DNA of 64,000 nucleotides from the human T2T-CHM13v2.0 reference genome, Homo sapiens. Shown one piece after another: positions 51,410 through 64,000 of the stretch. Both the position numbers and the translations under genes were made by a program. Each line of letters starts with the position of its first letter. Within the stretch, counting starts at the first letter, position 1. The stretch lies in the NCBI RefSeq assembly GCF_009914755.1, contig NC_060944.1; one strand, 5' to 3'. Below the pieces are notes generated by a model. That model was not told the DNA's origin. It made no database searches and saw nothing but the letters and a program-made list of their open reading frames with translations.

Positions 51410-51845
51410 CGGCCAGGCACAGTGACACACGCCTGTAATCCCAGCACTTTGGGAGGCTGAGGCAAGTGGATGACTTGAGGCCAGGAGTTCGAGACCAGCC
51501 TGCCCGTTATGGTGAAACCCCATCTCTACTAAAAATACAAAAATTAGCCAGGCGTGGTGGTGGGCACCTGTAGTCCCAGCTATCTGGGAGGCTTGAGGCA
51601 TGAGAGTTACTTAAACCCAGGTGGCAGAGGTTGCAGTGAGCCTAGATCATGCCACTGTACTCCAGCCTGGACAACAGAGTGAGACTCTGTATCAAAAAAA
51701 AAAAAAAAAAGAAAGAAAGAAATGCAAGGCCAGGCATGGTGGTGTACCCCTGTAATCCCAGCACTTTGGGAGGTTGAGGCAGGAGGATTGCTTGAGGCCA
51801 GAAGTTCAAGACCAGCCTGGACAACATGAGACCCTGTCTCTAAAA
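51410..51845 (+). mobile_element. AluS (51410-51718) followed by Alu monomer (51728-51845)
   Basis: TSD agaaatgcaag. Confidence 0.88.
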
Positions 51846-52030
51846 CAAGAAAGAGAGAAAGAAAAAACAAAAGAGAAGAAGGAAGAAGAAGAAGAAGAAA
51901 AGAAAAAGAAGAAGAGAGAAGGAAAAAGGAGAAGAAAGAAGAAGTAGGAAGAGGAAGAGGAAGAAGGAAGGGAAGGGAAGGGGAAAGAAGAAGAAAGAAG
52001 AAGAAATAATAATCCAGAGAAAAAGAGAAG
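51846..52030 (+). repeat. (GAA)/(GGAAG)-rich purine tract
   Basis: Read directly. Confidence 0.92.
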
Positions 52031-52296
52031 TTGAAATTAAATTTGAGAAAAATGTGGCCAGGGAAGGAGGCCACACAGAGAAGCTAAATTTTGAATAAGG
52101 CCTGAAGGAAGTGGAGGAACAGAAATCTGGTGGAAGGGCAGAGGGAATGGCACATGCAAAGGCCCTGCAGCAGAAGTGTGCCTGGGGAGTTTGAGGGACA
52201 GCAAGGAGGCCAGTGTGGCTGGAGCACAGCAGACTGACTCTTAAGTTGGAGCTGGTAGAGATTTGGAGTAGAAGGACAGAGTCTGCCCTGGTTTCA

Positions 52297-52708
52297 GTAT
52301 GGTTTGTTGAGCCCCACAAAGTCTCATGTTGAAATTTCATCCCCATTGTTGAAGGTGGGGCCTAAAGGGAGGTGTTTGGATCCTGGAGGTGGATCCCTCA
52401 TTAATGGCTTGGTGCCATTCTTGCAGGAGTGAGTGAGTTCTCTTAGTTCCCGTGAGAACTCGTTGTTGAAAAGAGCCTGGCAGCTCCCTCCACTCTCTCT
52501 CTTCCTCTCTCTCCACATGTGATCTGCACATGCTGGCTCCCCTTTGCTTTCCACCATGAGTGGAAGCAGCCTGAGGCCTCACCAGATGCAGATGCTGTTG
52601 CCATGCTTCTTGTACAGCCTGCCGAACTGTGAGCCAAATAAACCTCTTTTCTTTATCAATTCCCTAGCCTCAGATATTCCTTTATAGCAACACAAATGGA
52701 TGAAGATG
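52297..52708 (+). mobile_element. MST-type MaLR solo LTR, sense to EYA2
   Basis: tatggtttg...gaactgtgagccaaataaacctcttttc...tttatagcaacacaaatgga. Confidence 0.85.
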
Positions 52709-52716
52709 GAATCTGA

Positions 52717-53022
<306 letters not shown>

Positions 53023-53724
53023 CTGAGCTCCATTCTTAAGGAGCCCCTCTGGCTCTCCCCGGGGAGAGGAGAGTAGAAAGTGGCCAGGTTGGAATCCTGG
53101 CGATGGGTGAGGAGGCTACTGCACCAGTTTATCTGAAAGACTGAACTGGTCTTTCTCAGTTTACCGTTCTCTCCACCCAGGGAGTGGAGATGCAGGCGGG
53201 GAGGAGCACAGTAGGCTGGGTATATTTTGAAGGCAGACCAGCCACAGATAAAGAAGGTAAAGGGAGTCCTAATTCTCACCACCAAGCTGCAACGATGCCC
53301 TGTTTTCCATCCAGGGTCTCCCCCTGAAGAGACCTGATTGCTTCTACCCCTGTTGGCAACCAGCCAATTCCTCCTGAACAAATTCCTCAAGCTTTACTGC
53401 ACATTTCCTATACACCAAGCACTCACTATCAATTTTATTATTTTCTTAAGTTAAGCCTCAAAGGCACAGCTTGAGTTATTCATATTCTTTGTCCACACAA
53501 GGCCCCTTTCTTGTTTCACGTAGGTACTACCAATGTGTTTCCTTTTAAACCTATTTGTGCTCCTTTCCCTCCCCTCCCTATATAGCTCAGTGTATAGCCT
53601 TTTGTTTGTTTCCTGTAACATATACATTCTCTTTTTGTGTGCATTTATTTCTTATGTGTATAGGTGACATTGTTTAAATACCCTGTGTTTCTTACCTTTC
53701 TCCCTCTGTGCTATGGTTTCACTT

Positions 53725-53850
53725 ATTTATTTCTGAGACAGGGGTCTCGTCATGTTGCCCACGCTAGTCTCGAACTCCAGGGCTCTAGTAATCCTCCTGC
53801 CTCAGCCTCCCAAAGTGCTGGGATTACAAGCATGAGGCACCACACCCTGC
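53725..53850 (-). mobile_element. Alu monomer (FLAM-like)
   Basis: Single reverse left arm. Confidence 0.8.
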
Positions 53851-53911
53851 CTGCACTGTGGTTTTAGATCCTCCCACATCGCCATACATACAACTCTATC
53901 ACTCTAACACA

Positions 53912-54095
53912 ATAGTTTTCAACCAGAGGAAGTTTTGGCCCCCAGGGGACATTTGACATTCCCCATTTTTGGGGAATGGGATACTACTGGCATCTAGTGG
54001 GTAGAAGCCAGGGATGCTGCTACACATCCCACAATGCACAGGATGGCCCCACAATAAAGGATGATTGGGCCCTCCGGGTCCATAGTGCTGTGGCT
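53912..54095. mobile_element. MER20 DNA transposon
   Basis: ccccaggggacatttgaca...tactgggcatctagtgggtagaagccagggatgctgct. Confidence 0.8.
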
Positions 54096-54404
54096 GGGGG
54101 CCTGCATCTGACCGCTGCATAGTCCCAGGTCCTCCAGGTCTTCCTTATGGCACTCTCTTCAGGGAGGACACTCAGGCTTCCTCAGCTCCGCATCAGCACA
54201 GACAGAGCTGTGACGAGCAACCTTTATGGACTGCTCTGAGCTTTACACCCTCTCTCTCATTTAATCCCCACCATGAATCTGTAAGGCCCAGCTGCTCCCT
54301 TTATACTCATTTCCAGAGAAACTGAGGCCCAGAGAGGTGATGTGACTTAGTCAAGGTCACCCAGCTTAGGAGGGATGAAAGCCAGGAAGTGGCCCACTGC
54401 TCTT

Positions 54405-54690
54405 TAATTTATTTTTTATTTTATTTTTCTGCGACAGGGTCTCACTCTGTCACTCGCTGAAGCACAGTGGTGCAAACACGGCTCACTGCAGCCTCAACTT
54501 CCTGGGATCAAGCAATCCTCTCAGCTCAGCCTCTTGTGTAGCTGGGACCACAGACATGCACCACCATGCCCAGCTAATTTTTTATGTTTTTTTGTGAGAC
54601 AGGGATCTCACTTTCCCCAGGCTGGTCTCGAACTCCTGGGCTTAAATCCCAAAGTGCTGTGATTACAGGCGTGAGCCACCATGTCCGGCC
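54405..54690 (-). mobile_element. Alu (J-like)
   Basis: Reverse Alu consensus. Confidence 0.85.
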
Positions 54691-55464
54691 GCTCCACTGC
54701 TCTTAACCACGTAACATGTCCCTAGTGTTCCATGTGACTGTCTCGAGGGTAAAAATTAAAAGCCTCTGGAATGAACTCTTCTGCTGCCTCTTAGCTCGTG
54801 GAGCACAGGGACTGGGTCTGATGTGTTCACAGCTTTATCCCAATACCCAGCACAGTACCTGGCACCTCCACTGGACAAATATTTGTTGAATAAACAAATA
54901 AACAAAGGGCTGCCAGGTAGGGAGTTTTCACTTGTGTGATGGCAAATACAGCAGAAATAAGATTCCAGGGCATTCACCCACAAGGGAGCAGACAGCCACG
55001 TGTGTGACAAGCAGGGGCCTGGCAGCCTCTGTCTCAGACTGAGATGCTCCATGCCCCCTAGCCTGGCCTCACCTAGAGCCTGGCCCACAGCAGGGTCTCA
55101 GCAAAGGCTTCACAATTTTGTTTTCAGACATTGCATCCATCCCCTCCTTCCTGAAAATGTCTTTGTTCTACTGTCCTTCATGGCAGTTTGGCTGGGTATA
55201 GAATTTTTGTTTGGAAATAATAATTTTCCTTCATAGTTTTAAGGCATTTTCCCATTGACTCTGGCTTCCAGAGAATAAATGACAGGTGCAGTTGGTCCTA
55301 ATTGAAGTAGGTCAGAAGGTGCTGAGAAAGACATCTTGAAGAAGTGAAATTGGTAAAATACCTGGTACATCTGAATGCATTGAGAGGATTTTTAAAAGAT
55401 CATTATTTACTCCAACGGAAAACAAAAGGCATGAGAAGTGATCATAGTTTACTACCTGGCTTAG

Positions 55465-55995
55465 CTGTGTTATCAGTTAGCTACAAAACAAATCACCCCA
55501 GGACTTAGTGGCATAAAACAATAAGCATTTATTATTCAGCCCATGAGATTTTGAGTTGGCAGAGAGGTTCTACTGAGCTAGACTGGGCTCTTGCATGTGT
55601 CTGCAGGGTCAGCTGGCAGATCAGCTGGTAGAGAATGGCCTGAGCTGGGACAACCTGTCTCTGCTCCATGGGGTCTCTCATCCTCCAGCAGGCAAGTCCA
55701 GGCTTTTCCTCGTGGCCTAAGAAGTGTTCCTTTCAAGGAGAGAGACCCGTCTTTAGTCCTCCATTTGGAACTGGCGTGCCATTTGGAACTGGCACACTGT
55801 GAAAGGTGGGCAGCACTGTACCCTGGGGCTTAGAAACGAGCCCAGATCATTTCTGCTGCATTCTGTCAGCAAAAGTAAACATAAGCCAGCCCAGATTTAA
55901 ACAGAGCAGTAACCCCACCTCTTGAAGGGAGAAGCTTTACTATCACACTTCAGAGGGTGAAGATGTAAGGACATTGAGTCATCAAGGCAGTCAGC
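55465..55995 (-). mobile_element. MLT1-type MaLR LTR
   Basis: cttagtggcataaaacaataagcatttatta...gggctcttgcatgtgtctgcag. Confidence 0.6.
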
Positions 55996-56049
55996 CTATG
56001 CAGTAATCACAGCAGCGTGAACTCTGACTAGTAGCCCAATAAAAACCAT

Positions 56050-56325
56050 TCACTTTTGAGAAGCCGAGGTGGGCAGATCACTTGAGCCCAGGAGTTTGAG
56101 ACTAGCCTGGGCAAAACAGCAAAATCCCATCTGTACAAAAAAAAATTTTTTTTTCAAAAAATTAGCCAGGCGTGGTGGTGTGCACCTGTAGTCCTAGCTA
56201 CTCCGGAGGCTGAGGTTGAAGGATCCCTTGAGCCCAGGAGTTAGAGGCTGCAGTGAGCCGAGGTGGCACCACTGCACTCCAGTTTGGACAACAGAGCAAG
56301 ACCGCTGTCTCAAGCAAACAAACAA
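56050..56325 (+). mobile_element. Alu (J-like), 5' truncated
   Basis: Alu consensus from cactttt. Confidence 0.85.
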
Positions 56326-56969
56326 AGCCATGACTATTTAGGAGGAAAAGAGAATGAGAAGGATACATATGTGCGGTAAAGGTAGCAAGAAGAAAATCCA
56401 CATTGCCCATAGTGGGATCAAATAATGCCTCAAAGTGAAAAATCAAAAAGCCATGTAATTATAACCATGCAATTTAGAGACAGGGCAGTGAGTATCAAGA
56501 TAATGAATGAAGGAAAGAGTTGAAGGTGGTGACAAAGGGGGCATGAGAGGGTGTGTCAGGGAAACTGCAGTCTTATAACAAGCCTTGTGGAACTTTTTGA
56601 GCATTTGACAAAAATTAAAACTATTAAAAATTAAATGATTTAACTTGATTATATTATGCATATAAAAGAATGAGTTATGCAAGACTATATCTGATCAGCT
56701 CCTTGCTGAGAGGAGAGATTAGGCATAGATTGGAGAAAGAAGGTATCTGCATGGCTCAGATAGTCAAGGAAGACTTCCTGTAAAAGGAAGTATCAGCTGA
56801 GACTTCAAAACTAGGCCAAAAAAAAAGCACTTAGGCACGTTTGGGAGTTTACAGTTCATTCTTACATTATTTGTCTTAATTCCACAACCACCTTCTTGAG
56901 GTGAATAAATCAGGAATTATTGTTACTCTTCTTATTTTGCAAAAGAGAAAACAGTTCCAGGGAAGTTGA

Positions 56970-57352
<383 letters not shown>

Positions 57353-58515
57353 AGATTTTACGTCCAAATGCAACAAAGGCTAGCTGTGGCTAACTTAACC
57401 ACAAGGAAATTGATTGGGAGGGTATGAGGGAGTTTTCAGGATCCAGGAGAAGAATGGAGGAAAAGTTGGGGCTCCCAAGGAGCAGGAGTGATGAGGTGGC
57501 ACCTTTAGGCCTTACAGCTGCTGTTTCATCCTTGAATTGCTTCAGTCCCAGGAGAGAGGGGCTGATCGGCTGTGCCTGGGACCTGTGCCCACCTCTCAGC
57601 TAAGCAGGGTTAGACACCTTGATGGACAGCCCACCAAGCCACCTGCAGTGGGGGCAGGCAGTTCCCCATGAGGAACCTAAGGAGCTTTTAGCAGAAAGAA
57701 TGAGAATGGATGAGAGGCAGAAACCATGGGTGCTCTTGCCAGGAGCAGAGCCAGCCTCCACATCCACACTCGGGGCTGTCTGCTCTGAAAGGTGGGTAGC
57801 GCTGTAGCCTGGAGCTTAGAAACGAACCTCAGATCACACACTTTGTATTCATCCACTGCAAAGGTCATTCCCAGGCTGAGATTTCTCCAGAGAGAGAAAT
57901 GCCCAGCATCTGCCACCAGCACACCCCTCCTTAAGGGAAACCCACTCTCCTGAGACACACAGACCATAATGTTTCTGCTTTTCAGAGTGAATCACTGCCT
58001 CAGACACAGCTGAGCCCACATCAAATTCCTAGATGGGTTTTTTTTTTTTTGTGGATATGCTGTGGTTTCAAGGGGGAGATCTCCACTGTGCTTCTGGGGT
58101 TTCTTATTTAAATGGAACTGGGTGTCATTCAAAGTAGCAGTGGCTGGGATCACCACATGTTCCCTGACTTGCCTTTTTAGTGACCATCCACACAGATATC
58201 TGTTTGTTCCATGACTCTTGGACTCATGAGTCAGCTCTTCTGTTGGGGGAGAATGGGCAGAACTCACAGGCAGCCTCAAAGGCTCTGTATAAGACACCTG
58301 TTGGTGTGATGGCTACAGAAACACACCATCCTCTCATCCCTGGGGGCAGGGCAGGTGAATGCCCATGTCACAGATGAGAACCCTGAGGCTCACCTCGCTG
58401 AAGTGCCTGCACTAAAAGCCTCTGGAAAAGGTCTTTCACACAGGGTTTTCTGTCCCCCTTTAAGGGTGACGTTTTTAGCCTTTCCTCTTCAGAAGGCATG
58501 AAAAGCTTCAGCCTT

Positions 58516-58816
58516 GGCCGGCCACAGTGGCTCATGCCTGTAATCCCAGCACTTGGGAAGCTGAGGCTGGTGGATCACCTGAGGTCAGGAGTTCGAGACC
58601 AGCCTGGCCGACATGGTGAAACCCCGTCTCTACTAAAAATACAAAAATTAGCCGAGAGTGGTGGTGTGCGCCTGTAATCCCAGCTACTCAGGAGGCTGAG
58701 GCAAAAGAATCACTTGAACCCAGGAGATGGATATTGTAGTGAGCCGAAATCGTGCCATTGCACTCCAGCCTGGGCCACAAGAGCAAGACTCCTTCAAATA
58801 ATAATAATAATAATAA
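58516..58816 (+). mobile_element. Alu (Sx-like) with (AAT)n tail
   Basis: Alu consensus. Confidence 0.92.
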
Positions 58817-58839
58817 AGCTTTGGCCTCTATCAAAGACA

Positions 58840-59255
58840 CTGAGAGAGTTTGGATATTTGATCCCTGCCCCAGTCTCATGTTAAATTATAATCCCCAGTG
58901 CTAGAAGTGGGGCCTGGTGGGAGGTGTTGGGATCATGGGTGCGGATCCCTCATGGCTTGTGAGGATCCCACATGGCTTCACAATAGTGAGTTCTTGTGAG
59001 ATCTGGTCATTTAAAAGTGTGTGGCACTTCTCCGCCACTCTCCCCCTCTTGCTCCTGCTTTTGCCAGGTGAAGTACCTGCTCCCACTTGGCCTTCTGCCA
59101 TGAATAAAAGCTCCCTGAGGCCTCCCCAGAAGCTCAGCAGTTGCCTGTGCTGTGCTTATACAGCCTGCAGAACTGTGAGCCAATTAAACCTCTTTTCTTT
59201 ATAGATTACCCTGGCTCAGATATTTCTTTATAGCAATGCAAGAATGGACTCACAA
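58840..59255 (+). mobile_element. MST-type MaLR solo LTR, sense to EYA2
   Basis: gtttggatatttg...gaactgtgagccaattaaacctcttttc...tttatagcaatgcaagaatggact. Confidence 0.85.
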
Positions 59256-60349
59256 AGATACTTTCGGGCATGCCGAGGCAAGCAGCTGAAGGGTCTTCAT
59301 AGCCAAATTTGCTCACAGGTGGGGCCTCCTGCCCACCTCCCAACTGCCCACCACCTTACCCTTCTCCCACCTGCCAGAGGGATTGCTTGAAAATGCAAAT
59401 CAGGCCCTGCAATGACCCCCTCTTGCTGCCAGGGAAGCAGACTGCTCCCAAGGACCCCCTGCCCAGCTCATCGCTGCCGTCTTCTGCCGTCTTCCCTGGC
59501 CATACAGGTGCCTTTGCTCACCCAGGGCATCAAATTCCCAACTGTCTGGGCCTCTGCGTATGCTATTCTGAATTCTTAGAATATTCTTCATCCTTCTTTT
59601 TTACTCCTGTTATTCACTGGGAGGCTCAGCTTTTCTTTCATAACACAGTTCAGAAGTTACTTCCTCGAGGGTCCCCCAGAGTAAGTCAGGTCACCCGTCT
59701 TATGCTCACGTAACTCTCTTAACTGACCCATACGCCAACCATCATCATTGCTGTGTCTGTCTCTTGAATCCCATCCCCTTCTCTCCAGCTCCCCCACCAC
59801 CTCCTTCATTTCAGCCTCCTCCGCCCTCTCCACGGGTCTGGACAGCTGCCTCCCTGCTTCCCCTCTGCCTCCACCACCCTCAGCCTATTGGGCAGCCGAA
59901 CAACTGCTTCAAGAGGCAAATGGGATTGTGCCACCTTCTCCATCCTCACCCGGTGGAGAACCCTGCAGTGATGCTCACTGCCCTTAAGGCAAACTCTTTG
60001 CCATGACTTTCCAGGCCCCGGGCGGTCCAGCCCCTGCCAACCTTGCCAACTTTCACCTTGATCTCTTTCACCCACCCCCAGCACTGCTGCAGCCTCCTGC
60101 TCACATGCACTTCCCACCACAGGGCCTTTGCACACACTGTTGCTCTGCCCAGAACACTCTTCCTACCCTCCCTTAGTCTAACCAGTGTTGCCTGTCCAGT
60201 GTGGTATCCTTAGGGACGCTTCCCAATCTTTCCAAGTTGGTTAAAAACCTCCTACTGATGGTTCATAGCACCACAGTGCTCATAGTAGCACAGTTGCAAT
60301 TATTTATTTCTGGGTGTGATTATTTGATTATAGAATAACATCATCATCC

Positions 60350-60756
<407 letters not shown>

Positions 60757-61173
60757 TGACGATGTCCCTCTGCAGGCACCTGTGACCCTCTGCAGTGCGT
60801 TGGGCAGTGTCCCAGAGGGACAGAGCCCCAGTGGCCCAGGCATTGACCTGCTCATTGACCCACCCTTCCTTCCCCTCCACTCTCACGCTCCCACTGTGTC
60901 AACAGCCCTTCCTGAGATCACCTCCCAGAAAAACCACCTGCATGTGAATCTTTGGCTCTGGGTCAGCATCCTGGGAGACCCAAACTAAGACATCGAGGAT
61001 GTATGAATGCTGGGACTCCATGATTGCTGCTGCAGGGATGGAAACTCCTCTTAGTAGAGCCCTGCTGTGACATAAGTCTCCTGGCTACTGAAGGGCGGTC
61101 TGGCATCACCAGGTAGCTGGCAGAAATGCAGAGTCTCAGACCCCGCTGTAGACTCACTGAACATGCATCTGCA

Positions 61174-61488
<315 letters not shown>

Positions 61489-63614
61489 AAGCATCTGCAT
61501 TTAACTCCATCCCCAGGCCATCCTTTCACACATTCATCTGTGAGGTGAGATGGAGCCCCGAATTCACCTGGTGTTGGCTTTTCTTGCAGATCCAGAGGCC
61601 AGGTCGAGAGAGCATGACCTGATCTCCACAGCTCCTCGACCGGCTCCTCTGCCCTCTCCGTTCCACCACAGTCCTCCCCGATTCCTCCGCGGGTGTTATT
61701 ACGTGATTCCGGCTTGGATTCCGGAATCCAGAACCCAGCACAGGACTGTAGGGATTCAATCAGATCCAGTTGGCGATAGGCGGCTTGGCCTGTCTGTTAC
61801 TGCTTTACAAACTGAGAAGAAATAAAAAGAAAAAGAAAAAGAAAACCCGGTTTTATGACGCAGCAGTTAAAAACTATTTGTAGAAGTTGCTAAGGTTCAA
61901 ATCAAAAGTGCCCTCTCTCGAGGACTATTAGTTAATTCAGAGGACCACAGATTCTTTCCTTTTCTTCCTTTTCCCCCTTCTACCTTGAAATGTAGCTGTA
62001 ATTCATTTCTGCCGTTCATACAGCTAGAGCTTTCCATCCTGTGACAAACACAAGCCAAAGTGCTTAAGGACATCTGTTTATTTTATTTCTTTAACGAGAA
62101 AACCTTCCAATTTCTCCTGAGCTCAGCTGTGTTTATTTACATTTTCTTGGTCATGTGAGGCGAGCACCTTGGAAGTTTAAAGGCCTGGCCAGACCCTTGC
62201 AGGAGCCTGTAGCTCTGAAACGGAGAGGAAGCCCTGCCCAAGGAAAACAGAGTCCTTGGAACTCTATAAAATAGATTCTCAAAATAAATACTGCCTCATT
62301 CACTTGGTAGATGTGGATTAAGTCAAGATGAATACAATTTGAAAAGGATTTTCTGAGGAAGTCGGAGATTTCTTTCCCCCACTGGGGGTTAAACCTTGTA
62401 TTTAAATCTCTCTTCCCCCTTCCCTCTCTCTTTTCAGCTGAGTAAAAGGTGTTTAGTCTTTGTGGCTAATAAAGAAAGGATGACTTTGATTGGGCTCCTC
62501 CAGCAGTGATTATTTTCTTTGCAGCACGGCTGGGAGAAGGAGAGTGACCTCACTAGTCACTCTGTCCCATCCTGTAAGGAGTGAGGGCAAGAAGCAAACA
62601 TCTGCAGTTGTCATTTTGGCGGGGGTGGGTGAGGAAGAAGTTGGAACAGCCTTGAGAGATGTCGCGGAGGTGAATGACATTGTTTGAGGGGTGTTGGATG
62701 GGGGTGGTACCCTTTGTTGGCTTAATCCCTTATAATGATGCTTCCCTAAGCCAGGGACCTTCATGCCAAGTACCCCCGCTTATGTATTTTACAGCATTAA
62801 AGGATTATTTCCAACATAAAATATATTTTAAAGATGGTTTGGGGTTGTCAGAAAAGTGCTCATTAGCAGAGACTTTCTTTGAAGCCCTGTGCTCTCGGCC
62901 GCTTTGAGAGAGACCATTTCCTTATAGAATCACTCAACTTGGGTTGAGAGTTCTGAGCGAGTTAAGTCTCCTGACTATGCCTAATTTTCCGCCCACAGAT
63001 TTAACAAACACAGACTGCTTCCCCAGACTTCCTTCGCCAACTTCCCCCGCTTTCTTGCCCCACCTCTCAGTGAATGCTGAAGGGCATCTGAAAGGAAAGA
63101 AAAAGGAGAGGGATTTAAATCCTCCATGCAAAACCTACAACAAATTGTCAGCTGGGTTGGAGTAAGAAGCTCCTTTGTCTTCTGTAAATATAGAGCTTGC
63201 TGCTCACGATGATAAGTGCTGAAAAAAATCCCAGGCACTCTGGGAACCTACATAATGGGAACAATTTTCCTTTACACTTAACTAGCAGGTTGAGAAGCCG
63301 TCTCCCCTCCAACTACTCACCTGCACTTTTTACACTACTTATTTCCCAACAATAGTGTTCTTCCAGCGTCCAAAGATTGCTGGTGATGAGGTGTCACCTG
63401 CTAAACGGCAGGAAGGTGTCAACGCCATTGTATTTGGGGTTGACTTTGACAGGGAAATAGGAGGTGTCCCCTCACCATGCCTGCTTCCCACACTTCCTCT
63501 GTGAATTCGTGAACTTTCAGGCCCCTCCGATGGCAGATGGGGAAAAGCTCCAATGGATGTCTCCCAGTGGGGCCTAATTCAAAGCAGAAATATGCAGTCT
63601 CGGAGTGGAAATGA

Positions 63615-63982
63615 CCATCAATGGATGAATGGATAAATCATAGGATAGTCATACTCGTGGAATATGATTCAGCTATGAAAAGGAATGGGGTACTGATACA
63701 TGCTACAACACACTTATGTCAAGTGAAAGAAGCCAGATACAGAAGGTCATATTTGTATGACTGTTTATATGAAATACCCAGAAGAGGTCAATCCTTAGAG
63801 CCAGAATGAAGACTGTTGGTTACTAGGGACTAGGGGTAGTGGGGAATGGGGAGTAAGTGCTTCTTGGGTACAGAGTTTCCTTTTAGGGTGATGAAAATGT
63901 TTTGGACCTAGGTGGAGGTGGTGGGTGCACAACATTGTACCCTAGATTCCACTGAAGTGTTCACTTTAAAGTGGTTCATTTT
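63615..63982 (+). mobile_element. Old L1M 3'UTR fragment, followed by start of a truncated Alu at the window end
   Basis: atggatgaatggataaa...gtgaaagaagccagatac...ggtgatgaaaatgttttgga. Confidence 0.8.
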
Positions 63983-64000
63983 CACACCTGTAATCCCAGC

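Noticed and set aside
51607-52346. 155- and 168-aa F/L/S-rich minus-strand ORFs resembling membrane proteins
   Set aside because: Translation of the TTC-rich low-complexity tract and Alus

Overview
Primate (almost certainly human) genomic DNA lying inside the EYA2 gene on the + strand. Four coding exons are present (16360-16427, 18333-18510, 33417-33559, 41267-41350; exons 6-9 by my recollection of the usual numbering). They splice in phase via canonical AG/GT sites into a continuous EYA2 peptide running from the P/S/T/Y-rich N-terminal region into the start of the EYA domain with the HAD motif I (WDLDET). The rest is intron packed with about 40 Alu copies or fragments (J/S types), old L1, L2, MIR and hAT/MER elements, solo LTRs (MER51-like, THE1/MST, LTR18B-like, MLT1, LTR16-like) and microsatellites. 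Nearly all other ORFs in the supplied track are repeat-derived noise. I see no convincing new gene system. The most interesting observations are: exons 6+7 (246 nt) contain no stop codon in any frame and are flanked by inverted Alus (candidate endlessly translatable circRNA); a 131-codon +1-frame ORF overlaps the four exons; an 84-bp tandem duplication keeps the exon 7 frame open into the intron; several scars of templated or non-canonical insertion; and a sense MaLR LTR that could act as a cryptic terminal exon. Exon and junction coordinates were counted base by base; repeat boundaries and subfamily names are approximate and by eye.
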